In this document: piece after piece, positions 11,850 through 23,096 of the stretch
Numbering within the stretch: the first letter of the stretch is position 1
Layout: each line of letters begins with the position of its first letter
Assembly (NCBI GenBank): GCA_038087875.1
Contig: JAXLNO010000671.1
Coordinates: 1-38,910, forward strand
Direction of reading: 5' to 3'
Origin: Malacoraja senta
Lineage: Eukaryota
DNA length: 38,910 nt
Notes under the pieces: generated by a model
Told to the model about the DNA's origin: nothing
The model's database searches: none
What the model saw: only the letters and a program-made list of their open reading frames with translations
Made by a program: the position numbers and the translations under genes

Positions 11850-12715
11850 TTGCAACAAATGTATCTTCCTTTAAGATACATATACCAAACAGAAAAGATA
11901 TCCCAGGTGTTACCAAACAATGAAAACATCAGAGGAGAAAAAGAAGTGGGCAATATTGTTCAAAACTTCAGTAGAGGCAAAATGGAAAATATAATAAAAG
12001 AATATTGGCAAAAGATTTGCTAAAATCAATGGAACTGAAAGCTAGTAAAATACTAGGACCTCTTAACTAACATCCCTCAGTTTTGAAAGTGGTAGCTATG
12101 GAGATATCAAACTCAAAACTGCTCAGATGGTTTTGATGAAAGGAAAGGAGGTAGGGGGAAAAAATGAACCTGAGATCAGTTAAACTGACAGCATTGGTTG
12201 GGAGATGCTGGAAGGCAAGTTGGCGAGTGTTTATTAAATGATGCTTCCTTTCTGCTGCATACACAGGGCCTCTATGTATTCCCAATGAGTGGCCTTGCGG
12301 GGTTTAACACCATTGAAAATGCTCCTTAATCACTTTGAACAGTCACAAACCAACTATAGCTAGGTGTCAGTGTGGATATTCCATCTTTTCAAGGCTGGGT
12401 GATAATGTGGGTTATGAGGAGGATGCAGCAATCTTTCATGAAAATATGTACAAGATGAGGATGGCATTGGAATATAATGTGGCGAAAGGTCAGCTATTTT
12501 GATAGAAAAAAAATAGAAAAGAGGGCCTTATGTGATTAAAAGGGAGAGGAACCTTGAATATATCAGTACATAAAGAATTGAAAATTAATTCCGGGTATAA
12601 CAAACAATTAGGAAGCCAAACAGTTCTTTATTGCTTTGAGAACAAGAGTACAGATGTCACACTGCAAATATGTACCGGTGAGAGAGCACGTGGAAAATTG
12701 TGCACAGATTTAATT
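11850..12715 (+). mobile_element. Highly decayed CR1 ORF2 remnants
   Basis: Traces of LKA-K--GP, HP-VLK-VA-EI, R-V-LTALVG-MLE and GG--V--EEDA motifs. Confidence 0.6.
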
Positions 12716-12717
12716 CT

Positions 12718-12900
12718 ACGATATGATACTGTACAAAATGATGGAACTTTATTTATCTCAGAAGGGAAATTGATCTGCCAACAGTCATAAAACACAAGAT
12801 ATATGAATCATGAGATTAAAGTGACGAGTGGAAAGGAATGGGGATGTACAAAGATTTGTGGCGAGGGGGTGGGGGGGTGGGGAGGAGAGTCAGTCTACCT
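12718..12900 (-). mobile_element. 3' end of a Rex1/Babar-like LINE or derived SINE
   Basis: Minus strand AATTTCCCTTCTGAGATAAATAAAGTT followed by a short-repeat-like tail. Confidence 0.4.
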
Positions 12901-12960
12901 TTAGTGTCCCTACCTCCCAAGATTGAGCAGGCCCTCCTTGCATCATTCTTACCTTTAAAT

Positions 12961-14100
12961 ATAGAAACATAGAAAATAGGTGCAGGAGTAATCCATTCGG
13001 CCCTTCGAGCCAGCACCGCCATTCAATATGATCATGACTGATCATCCTAAATCAGTACCCCGTTCTTGCTTTTTCTCCATATCTCTTGATTCATTTAGCC
13101 CTATGAGCTAAATCTAATTCTCTCTTGAAAACATCCAGTGAATTGGCCTCCACTGCCTTCTGCGGCAGAAAATTCTACAGATTCACAACTCTCTGGGTGA
13201 AGATGTTTTTCCTCATCTCAGTCCTAAATGGACTACCCCTTATTCTCGCTGAAGAAGGGTTTCGGCCCGAAACGTTGCCTATTTCCTTCGCTGAAGAAGG
13301 GTTTCGGCCCGAAACGTTGCCTATTTCCTTCGCTGAAGAAGGGTTTCGGCCCGAAACGTTGCCTATTTCCTTCGCTCCATAGATGCTGCTGCACCCGCTG
13401 AGTTTCTCCAGCATTTTTGTGTACCTACCCCTTATTCTTACTGTGACCACTGGTTGTGTCTCCCCCAACATCGGGAATTTGTTTCCTGTATCTAGCCTGT
13501 CCAATGCTTTAAGGATTTTATATGTTTCTATAAGATCCCCTCTCATCTTTCTAAATTCCAGTGAATAGAAGCCCAGTCATCATATGTCAGTCCCGTCATT
13601 TCGGAAATAAACCTGGTGAACCTACGCTGCACTCCCTCAATAGCAATAATGTCCTTCCTCAAATTAGGAGACAAAACTTGCACACAATATTCCAGCTGCA
13701 GTCTCACCAGGGCCCTGTACAACTGCAGTAGGACCTCCTTGCTCCTAAACTCAAATCCTCTCACAATGAAGGCCAACATGCCATTAGCTTTCTTCACTGC
13801 CGGCTGTACCTGCATGCTTACTTTCAGTGACTGATGTACAAACACACCCAGGTCTCGTTGCACGTCCCCTTCTTTAATGTGAAACCATTCAGATAATAAT
13901 CTGACTTCCTGTTCTTGCCACCAAAGTGGATAATCTCACATTTATCCACATAATACTTCATCTGCCATGCATCCGCCCACTCAGCCAACCTATCCAAGTC
14001 ACCCTGCAGCCTCGTAGAATCCTCATCGCAGTTCACACTGCCACCTAGCTTTGTGTCCGCCCCAAACTTGGAGATGTCACATTTAATTCCCTTATCTAAA
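12961..14100 (-). mobile_element. CR1 LINE, 5'-truncated, frameshifted, interrupted by an HHR insertion
   Basis: (CATAGAAA) tail; LLQLYRALVR, RGDLIETYKIL, RLQGDLDRL. Confidence 0.93.
13247..13424 (+). mobile_element. Short PLE-terminus insertion with three identical 42-bp hammerhead-like units
   Basis: (CGCTGAAGAAGGGTTTCGGCCCGAAACGTTGCCTATTTCCTT)x3 at 13247-13372 plus a 52-bp tail; 14-bp TSD CTACCCCTTATTCT (13233-13246, 13425-13438). Confidence 0.9.
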
Positions 14101-14282
14101 TTTTAGATCTAGTACTGCAGAATGAGAAAGACTTAATTTAAAGTCTTGTTATAAAGGGCTCTTCAAGAAATAATAAAAGTAATATGACAGAATCTAGCAA
14201 TGAGTTTGAAAATGATATGATTCAATCCAAAACTTGGGTCTTATAACTAAATAAAATAAATCACAAAGACAAATACAAATTA

Positions 14283-14607
14283 GGGCAGCACGGTGGTGCA
14301 GTGGTATATTTGCTGCCTTACAGTGCTTGCAGTGCCAGAGACCCTAGTTCGAACCTGTCTATGGGTGCTGTCTGTACGGAGTTTGTACGTTCTCCCTGTG
14401 ACCGCGTGGGTTTTCTCCGAGATCTTTGGTTTCCTCCCATACTCCAAAGACATACAGGTTTGTAGGTTAATTGGCTTGCCATAAGTATAAGTATAAGTTG
14501 TCCCTAGTGTGTAGGAAGTGTGCGGGGATCGCTGGTCAGTGAGGACTCGGTGGGCAGAAGAGCCTGTTTCCGCGCTGCATCTCTAAACTAAACTGAACTA
14601 AACTGAA
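14283..14607 (+). mobile_element. Full-length V-SINE/HE1-type SINE
   Basis: tRNA-like head GGGCAGCACGGTGGTGCAGTGGT, B-box GTTCGAACC, central GGAGTTTGTACGTTCTCCC...GGTTTCCTCCCA domain, (TAAAC/TGAAC)n tail. Confidence 0.92.
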
Positions 14608-14790
14608 CATGAGGTGCTTGGTTGTGGAGGGATTTGTGTATTTGACCCATACCCTGAATCTGGCTTTCATGTGAGGCTCAGATATTTGGACAGTATATGG
14701 ACAGGAAAGCCTTAAGGGAACATGGGCCTAACACAGGTAACTGGAACTAGCTTCGATGGAGCAATTTGGTTGATATTGGGTTTGGTTGAT

Positions 14791-14980
14791 GAGGGAGGAG
14801 CTACACCCGAGCGGTAGGAGATAAACCCGAGCGCGGGGCTTGCTTCTTACAGAGGCCCGAGAGCCGTTCGAGCGGTCGCAGAGGGAGGAGCTACACCCGA
14901 GCGGTAGGAGTTAAAGAGGAGCGCGGGGCTTGCTTCTTACAGAGGCCCGAGAGCCGTTGGAGCGGTCGCAGAGGGAGGAG
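14791..14980 (+). repeat. 90-bp tandem repeat (~2.1 copies) in the CR1 5'UTR
   Basis: GAGGGAGGAG starts at 14791, 14881 and 14971; first two units near-identical. Confidence 0.92.
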
Positions 14981-15141
14981 GAACCGAAATCTGCAACGTT
15001 CCAAGTTCCATTCACATTTCAAAACATGTGGGCTTGAGGAAGCCGCTGATTGGTGGAAGCAGTCAAGAGGGAGCAGCTGATTGGGAGTCAGATCCTTGCT
15101 GATTGTATTGTACTTTGTATTGTATCCTAGGTAAGGGGAGT

Positions 15142-16129
15142 ATGAGGGCCTGGGCAGTTTACTGTTCTGGATGTCAGATCTATTGTATCCAGGGTAAGGG
15201 GAGTATGAGGGCCAGGGCAGTTTACTGTTCTGGATGTCAGATGTGGGAGGTCAACGAATCTGATAGCCTTCCAGACGTCCACATCTGCGCCAGGTGCATC
15301 GGGATGGGGCTCCTAAGGGACCGTATTAGGAACCTGGAGCAGCAGTTCGATGACCTCCGTCTGGTCAGGGAGAGCGAGGAAGTCATTGAGAGGAGTTACA
15401 GAGACGTGGTCACTCCAAGACCACAGGAGGCAGGCAAATGGGTCACGGTTGGGAGAGGCAAGGGGCACAGGCAGGAACTAGAGATTACCCCGGTGGCTGT
15501 ACACCTTGACAATAAGTATTCCTGTTGGGGGGGATAGCCTACCTGGGGGTAGCAACAGCAGCCGGGCCTCCGGTACAGAGACCGGACCTGTTCCTCAGAA
15601 GGGTAAGGAAAAGAAGAGGAGGGCATTAGTAATAGGGGACTCTATAGTTAGGGGGTCAGACAGGCGATTCTGTGGACACAGTCGGGAGACCCGGATGGTA
15701 GTTTGCCTCCCTGGTGCCAGGGTCTCGGATGTGTCTGAACGTGTCCAAGATATCCTGAAATGGGAGGGAGAGGAGACCGAGGTCGTGGTACATATAGGTA
15801 CCAATGACGTAGGTAGCAAAAGAGAAGAGGTCCTGAAAGGAGAATTTAGGGAGTTAAGAGGAGAGTTAAAAAGAAGGACCGCAAAGGTAACAATATCGGG
15901 ATTACTGCCTGTGCCACGCGACAGTGAGAGTAGGAATGGAGCGAGGTGGAGGATAAATGCGTGGCTGAAGGACTGGTGCAGTGGGCAGGGATTCAAGTTT
16001 CTGGATCATTGGGACCTCTTTTGTGGAAGGTGTGACCTGTACAAAAAGGATGGGTTGCACTTGAACCCGAGGGGGACCAATATCCTGGCGGGGAGATTTG
16101 CAAAGGCTACTGGGGAGACTTTAAACTAG
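15142..16129 (+). pseudogene. CR1 ORF1p (zinc finger, coiled coil, SGNH/GDSL esterase), one frameshift near 15530
   Basis: CSGC...CARC, LRDRIRNLEQQFDDL, VIGDSIVRG, HIGTND, DGLHLN. Confidence 0.9.
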
Positions 16130-16590
16130 AATGGTTGGGGGGAGGGAATCAAATAGATAAAGCTATTAGACAGTGTGTGAGGCAGGAGGCAGAGAAGGAA
16201 AGCACTCAGACCCAACATGTACGGGCGAAAGAAGAAAACAATAATAAACAGAGAATAAGAGGTGGTGGGTTTCTTAAATGTGTGAGCAGAGAAACAGAGG
16301 GGTGTAAAATGGGGGTAAAAGCAATAGGTAGCAAGGTGAAAAGTAAACGTGGCAGGCAGACAAATCCAGGGCAAAAATCAAACAGGGCCACTTTTCAACA
16401 AAATTGTATAAGGGGTAAGAGCGTTGTAAAAACAAGCCTGAAGGCTTTGTGTCTCAATGCAAGGAGCATTCGTAATAAGGTGGATGAGTTGAATGTGCAG
16501 ATAGCTATTAATGATTATGATATAGTTGGGATCACGGAGACATGGCTCCAGGGAGACAAAGGCTGGGAGCTGAACATCCAGGGATATTCA

Positions 16591-16805
16591 ATAAACTACC
16601 CAAGCAAATATGAGGTGCGGCTCCTCCAATATGCGGTGGGCCTCACTCTGGCCATGGTGGAGGCCCAGGACAGAAAGATCGGATTCGGAATGGGAAGGGG
16701 AGTTGAAGTGTTGAGCCACCGGGAGATCAGGTTGGTTATTGCGAACTGAGTGGAGGTGTTGTGCGAAGCGATCGCCAAGCCTGCGCTTGGTCTCACCGAG
16801 GTTGA
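16591..16805 (-). mobile_element. Penelope-like GIY-YIG endonuclease fragment
   Basis: GETKRRLGDRFAQHLHSVRNNQPDLPVAQHFNSPSH...LEEPHLIF. Confidence 0.88.
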
Positions 16806-17003
16806 TCATACAGTGAATAATCCAACCACAATTTTGTTTGGAAGTGGAAAGAAATAATAGAAATTGCATTCATTGCAACATAAAAAGAGTTGAGATACTG
16901 TATTATAATTTTGCTGCATGTCATTGTGGTATATATCATGTCTTGATTGGTGAATATGTTTAGTATGTGGCTTTATTTGAAGCAGAAATAATATGTGAGT
17001 ACT
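16806..17003. mobile_element. Probable internal part of the hAT-like element that resumes at 20637
   Basis: AT-rich non-CR1 block ending GTGAGTACT; sequence after the CR1 tail resumes TACTTCATTGAG. Continuity is inferred. Confidence 0.4.
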
Positions 17004-17025
17004 GTACAGTAAGTACAGTACAGTA

Positions 17026-20000
17026 AGGTACTGGAAGAGAGAAAGTGGGTGACGGTGAGAAAGGGAGGGAAACATGGTATGCAAAGGTCCCCGGGTGTTG
17101 TACCTCTTGTGAACAGGTTCGCCCACTTAGAAGCTGTCGGGACAGAAGACGGTATCACACTGAGCGGCGGACTGGCTTGCGAAGCAAAAAGGGCGGTTGA
17201 GCCAAAACCAAAGAGGCCAACGTCAGGCAACGCCATTGTAGTTGGAGACTCCATTGTGAGAGGTACGGACAGGGGTTTCTGCGGCAACAGACGGGATTCG
17301 ACGATGGTGTGCTGCCTTCCTGGTGCCAGGATACAGGATGTCACGGACAGAGTGCAGAAAATCCTCAAGGGCAAAGGTGAACAGACGGAAGTGGTGGTGC
17401 ATGTCGGCACAAACGATGTCGGAAAGAAGGGGATGAATATTCTGCAGCGTGACTTTAGAGAGCTCGGAAAAATGCTGAAAAGCAGGACCTCCAGGGTTGT
17501 TATCTCCAGTTTGCTTCCAGTTCCTCGTGCTGGCGAGAGCAGAAACAGGGAGATACTGGACCTGAATGTGTAGCTGAGGAACTGGTGCAATGGGCAGGGA
17601 TTTAGATTCTTTGATCACTGGGATCTGTTTTGGAGTAAGGGAGAACTGTACAAAAGGGACAGATTGCATCTTAATAGGTGGGGGACCAGCATTCTGGCAG
17701 GCAGGTTTGCCACTGCTACACGGGTGGTTTTAAACTGAATAAGGGGGGTGGGGTGTCAAATGGGATAGTCGAGGATGGAGTTAAAGGGAAAGAGAGTAAA
17801 GGGATGGTTAATGATCCCAGAATTAACGGGAAAGGAAGCTCACAAAGGGATAGAAGAGTATGGCCAAGTGTAATAGGGATCGATGTGAAAGGTGAGATGC
17901 GTAAGGAATTAAAAGTATTGTATATGAATGCGCGAAGCATAAGAAGTAAAGTAGATGAGCTTGAGGCTCAGTTACAGGTTGGTAGATATGACATTGTGGG
18001 GATTACTGAGACGTGGCTGCAGGAGAATCGGGTCTGGGAACTTAATATTCAGGGTTATACATCCTATAGAAAGGACAGGCAGGTGGGCAGAGGAGGGGGG
18101 GTAGCTCTGCTGGTGAGGGATGGAATTCAGTCCCTTGCGAGGGAAGACATAGGGACTGACGAGGTAGAGTCACTGTGGATTGAGTTGAGGAAATGTAAAG
18201 GCAAGAAGACACTAATTGGTGTTATTTACAGACCCCCAAATAGTAGCCGGGATGTAGTGATCATAATATGATTAGTTTTAACCTGCAATTTGAGAAGGAG
18301 AACATTAAATCGGAAGTGGCAGTGATGCAGTTGAACAAAGGGGACTATGAAGGCATGAGAGGGGAGCTGGCCAAAGTAGACTGGAAAAGGATCCTAGCAG
18401 GAATGACGGTGGAACAGCAATGGCAGGAATTTCTGGGCTTAATCCGGGAGACGCAGGATCATTTTATTCCAAAAAGGAAGAAAGATTCTAAGGGGAGTAG
18501 GAGGCAACCGTGGCTGACAAGAGAAGTTAGGGATAGAATAAAACTAAAAGAAAAGATGTATAACACAGCAAAGAGTAGCCGGAAGCCAGAAGATTGGGAA
18601 ACTTTCATAGGACAACAGAAGGAAACAAAACGGGCAATACGGGCTGAGAAAATGAAGTACGAGGGGAAGCTGGCCAGGAATATAAAGAAGGACAGTAAAA
18701 GCTTCTTTAGATATGTTAAGGGAAAAAGAGTAGCAAAGTCTAATGTGAGTTGAATAGGTACTTCGGATCTGTCTTCACTAAGGAAGTCACAAACAATCTC
18801 CCAGATGTACTGGAGGACAGAGGATCTAAGGGGGTAGAGGAACTGAAATACATTTTCATTAGGCGAGAAATATTATTGGGTACGCTAAAGGGACTGAAGG
18901 TGATAAATCCTCTGGGCTGAAGAAGGGTTTCGGCCCGAAACGTTACCTATTTCCTTCGCTCCATTGATGCTGCTGCACCCGCTGAGTTTCTCCAGCATTT
19001 TTGTGTACCTTCGATTTTCCAGCATCTGCAGTTCCTTCTTTAACAATCCTCTGGGCCTGATGGTCTGCATCCCACGGTCCTCAGGGAGGTGGCTCTAGAA
19101 ATAGTGGATGCATTGGTGATCATTTTCCAATGTTCAATAGATTCAGGATCAGTTCCTGTGGATTGGAGGATAGCTAATGTTATCCCACTTTTCAAGAAAG
19201 GAGCGAGAGAGAAAACGGGGAATTACAGACCAGTTAGCCTGACTTCGGTGGTGGGAAAGATGCTGGAGTCAATTATTAAAGATGTATTAATGGGGCATTT
19301 GGATAGCGGTAAAAGGATTAGTCCAAGTCAACATGGATTTATGAAAGGGAAATCATGCTTGACTAATATTCTGGAGTTTTTTGAGGATGTGACAAGTAAA
19401 ATGGATGAAGGGGTGCCAATGGATGTAGTGTATCTAGACTTTCAGAAAGCCTTTGATAAGGTCCCGCACAGAAGACTGGTGACTAAAATTAGAGCACATG
19501 GTATTGGGGGGAGGGTGTTGACATGGATAGAAAATTGGTTGGCAGACAGGAATCAAAGTGTAGGAGTGAATGGGTCCTTTTCAGAATGGCAGGCAGTGGC
19601 GAGTGGAGTGCCGCATGACTCGGTGTTGGGGCCGCAACTGTTTACCATATATATTAATGATTTGGAAGAGGGAATTAGGAGCAACACTAGCAAGTTTGCG
19701 GATGACACAAAGCTGGGTGGCAGTGTGAACTGTGAAGAGGATGTTAGGAGGTTGCAGGGTGACCTGGACAGGTTGAGTGAGTGGGCAGATGCATGGCAGA
19801 TGCAGTATAATATAGATAAATGTGAGGTTATCCACTTTGACGGCAAATACAAGGGTGCAGATTATTATCTCAATGGGATTAGGTTAGGTAAGGGGGAGGT
19901 ACAGTGAGACCTGGGTGTCCTTGTACACCGGTCACTGAAAGTTGACGTGCAGGTACAGCAGGCAGTGAAGAAAGCTAATGGAATTTTGGACTTCATAACA

Positions 20001-20636
20001 AGAGGATTTCAGTATAGGAGTAAAGAGGTTCTTCTGCAGTTGTATAGGGCTCTGGTGAGACCACATCTGGAGTATTGTGTACAGTTTTGGTCTCCTAATT
20101 TGAGGTAGGACATCCTTGTGATTGAGGCAGTGCAGCGTAGGTTCACGAGATTGATCCTTGGGATGGCGGGACTGTCATATGAGGAAAGATTGAAAAGACT
20201 AGGCTTGTATTCACTGGAGTTTAGAAGGATGAGGGGGAATCTTATAGAAACATATAAAATTATAAAAGGACTGGACAAGCTAGATGCAGGAAAAATGTTC
20301 CCAATGTTAGGCGAGTCCAGAACCAGGGGCCACAGACTTAGAATAAAGGGGAGGTCATTTAAGACTGAGGTGAGAAAAAACTTTTTCACCCAGAGAGTTG
20401 TGAATTTATGGAATTCCCTGCCACCGAGGGCAGTGGAGGCCAAATCACTGGATGGATTTAAGAGAGAGTTAGATAGAGCTCTAGGGGCTAGTTGAGTCAA
20501 GGGATATGGGGAGAAGGCAGGCACGGGTTCTTGATAGGGGACGATCAGCCATGATCACAATGAATGGCGGTGCTGGCTCAAAGGGCCGAATGGCCTCCTC
20601 CTGCACCTATTTTCTATGTTTCTTTGTTTCTATGTT
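17026..20636 (+). mobile_element. Near-full-length CR1 LINE (partial ORF1 esterase, ORF2 endonuclease-RT), defective
   Basis: VGDSIVRG, HVGTND; MNARSIRSK, YRPPNS; NYRPVSLTS, LDFQKAFD, FADD; deletions near 18255 and 18750, stops; (TTTCTATG)n tail. Confidence 0.96.
18917..19044 (+). mobile_element. Short PLE-terminus insertion beginning at the hammerhead-like core
   Basis: CTGAAGAAGGGTTTCGGCCCGAAACGTTACC...CTGCAGTTCCTTCTTTAAC; TSD AATCCTCTGGG (18906-18916, 19045-19055). Confidence 0.9.
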
Positions 20637-20807
20637 TACTTCATTGAGCATAATTCCGACTGGTAACTACGCACTTCGTCCAAGCACATTATCGCACGCG
20701 TCATGCAAGCCGTCTTAAATGACCACCTAAACTGTCATTTGGCAACTTAAAAAGCTGCCAAGGTTGCCTGGCTGACAACAGAGAAAAAAAGTTAAGTGAG
20801 AGCCCTG
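20637..20807. mobile_element. hAT-like DNA transposon end
   Basis: Terminates ...GTTAAGTGAGAGCCCTG (5'-CAGGG on minus strand, typical of hAT TIRs); partner TIR not found. Confidence 0.5.
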
Positions 20808-21179
20808 CAAGGTGTATAATATTTTTGACACTGTCATAGGCCTTTCTTACATATGCTGTCACAATGCACCGTAGTCTCTAAACAACCCTTCAGTAATTTT
20901 CCTTACTCTCCATTTCAGAATAGTAGTGTTTTAAGCCAATAACTCGACACTAGCACTGGCAATAAATAAATAAATAAATAAAGCGCAGCTTTCCAGCCCC
21001 TTATCTCATTGGTCACGCTCAGCTGCAAATCGGTGTCAATCTGGTGGACCATCTTCCTCTAGTCGTGGGGGTGGGGGATTGGGGGGCGGGCCTCACAAGT
21101 GGAACAGCTTAGGGCCTCTCTTCATCTAAATGCGGCCCTGGTCCCAAGCACTCTTCCAGAAGATCGACACCGATCTAAG

Positions 21180-21425
21180 ATGGAGACTCCTTTTATAGGT
21201 CCAATGGCTGAGTGTGTCTTCTCCGAGAAGAGTTTAGAAGATGGCCAGGGTACTGTAACTCTACGAGAAAAAGGGAGCGAGAGTGTCACCAAGGCCAGTG
21301 AACAGCAAGGAAGTGGTGTAAGAACTCATCAAGGCCAGCGAGTGCACATAGAATGCAGACGGGTTTTCACTCATCCACAGACGATTGCAAAGGCACTGGA
21401 AAAATTGACTGTCGATCAGCCCTAA
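21180..21425 (+). pseudogene. N-terminal fragment of a probable DNA-transposon protein (possibly Academ)
   Basis: CVFSEKSLEDGQGTVTLREKGSESVTKASEQ...GQRVHIECRR looks like real coding sequence with a C...H-x2-C pattern; family assignment is from memory only. Confidence 0.35.
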
Positions 21426-21762
21426 CCTTGAGGGGCCGAACTACATAGGAGTGGTCTCTTTACAATCCAATCAAACATATTAATTACATCAGTACATTAT
21501 TGACAGTTCCCCAAACCAATAACAGAGTCTCCCATACATTGTTTCTAGGAGAAGCTTCTGGAAGAAGCTAACTTAACTTGAATAATGCAACATTTACCCT
21601 GGAACTCAAACAAACCTGCCAGGGCTTAACATTTTGGCCAATTAACAAACAGCAGAGTAACTGTCTAGCAACATTATTTACAATATTTACAATGTTGTTG
21701 CAGTAATCCAATCAACGTCATACATTTTACACTTCTTTCGAGGTCCTCTGCAGAGAATCTCG

Positions 21763-22617
21763 ATATATATATATTTTTTTAATCGCTGGACAATTTAATT
21801 GTTGGATTAAAATAAAAAGCTACTTCTAATGCCGTCAACGCCTACAACGTGACGGATCTCAAGTAGGGGACAAAACACGGGGTAAGTTGTGTATTTTACA
21901 TATAAACTTGCTTCTTGGGATGACTTTAATCAAAATTTACTTTGCGAAAATTTGATTTTGACCCCATACGAACCGGTAGTGTTTTTCCTGCTGATATGGG
22001 GTTAAAATTCACCGCAACCGCAACGATCCAATCGATCGCGTTCCACAAAAACCCACTCGCAAGATGATTTAAATGCCCATTAATTTACGGGAATTAAACA
22101 TTAAATTCCTTCCATTTGGCCTATAAATTCATGACAATGAGATTTAAAAATCATGTTATATTGTGAATTCTTGTGTGAATGTTATTTGGACACAGGCTAT
22201 TTAAAAATGTTAACCTTTTCTTAAGAAATGGATAAATGTTTAGATCTAGTAATTGAATTTTGTAATTAGCTACAATTAGGTAACTAACTAATTATATGCT
22301 TTAATTTCAGGTCATCCAAGTAAGATTGTTTCATATTTGTTTCAGAATGCTTCAATCTATAATAACTGAACATTTCATTCAGTTTTAAGAAAGTTATGGG
22401 CTTTTGACTGTCCTCGATCACAGCTTTTGAGTTAAGTCAATGGAAAAGCAATAGGGAACAAGATGCTAATTTCCGAGTATGAAAATGGCCATAACTTTTT
22501 AAATACTGAAGATATGAAAGTGAATTAGGTGTCAAATTAAACTTCTTTTTATGCTTTATCCGATGGGATAAATTGCAGACTTGATTTTTAAAATCTCAAA
22601 ACTTTGTAACATTGCTA
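21763..22617. mobile_element. Non-autonomous DNA element arm, Academ-like terminus
   Basis: Ends ...ACATTGCTA (5'-TAG on minus strand); internal inverted AAAGTTATGG / CCATAACTTT; flanked by CTCG direct repeat (21759-21762, 22618-22621); left end is (AT)n. Confidence 0.5.
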
Positions 22618-22964
22618 CTCGTAGCTAAAATTTAGGCACAAAGTAGGTGTCCCATAGCCACAGAGGAGTGTTCATTCCCAGGTTTTCATCTTTAATTCTT
22701 TTAAGTTGGAGCTTGCCTCAATGGTCTCTAGAGGTTGTCTATATTTTTTTAAGTTCCTGAGACGTTGTTCTTCCTTTTCACTGGTGTCAAATATTATGTT
22801 ATGTTGGTATGGTAGGGCACTAGGGTATGTGTAAGGTATATGGATCTTCTTTTTCTTCTTGATGTTAAATTTGCAGGAGTAGGAATACCACTAGGAGGAG
22901 CAGCCTTCTTTGTATGTGGGCCTTTCCCAGATTGTAAACGTTAAACAGACAGGACAGTATCACT

Positions 22965-23096
22965 GGTAGACAAAAATGCTGGAGAAACTCAGCGGGTGAG
23001 GCAGCATCTATGCTCCATAGATGCTGCCTCACCCGCTGAGTTTCTCCAGCATTTTTGTATACCTTCGATTTTCCAGCATCTGCAGTTCCTTCTTAA
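22965..23096 (+). mobile_element. PLE-terminus insertion with a 5' inverted duplication (48-bp hairpin)
   Basis: Arms 22965-23012 and 23016-23063, one mismatch, 3-nt loop; 16-bp TSD ACAGGACAGTATCACT (22949-22964, 23097-23112). Confidence 0.9.

Larger units (their letters stand above)
14791..16590 (+). mobile_element. CR1 LINE 5' portion (5'UTR, ORF1, start of ORF2), 3'-truncated
   Basis: GC-rich UTR, ORF1, then endonuclease start LNARSIRNKVDEL...GITETWL. Confidence 0.92.

Noticed and set aside
13247..13372. CRISPR-like array
   Set aside because: Head-to-tail identical units with no spacers, no cas genes, eukaryotic retroelement context
14283..14360. tRNA gene
   Set aside because: A/B boxes belong to a SINE head; no complete cloverleaf
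15506..16129. Host or bacterial SGNH esterase gene
   Set aside because: Esterase domains are an established part of CR1 ORF1p, and it sits directly upstream of ORF2
21426..21731. Confirmed 3' LTR paired with 27247-27341
   Set aside because: No alignable overlap between the two blocks and only a weak polypurine tract (GAAAGAAG); kept as tentative within the ERV call
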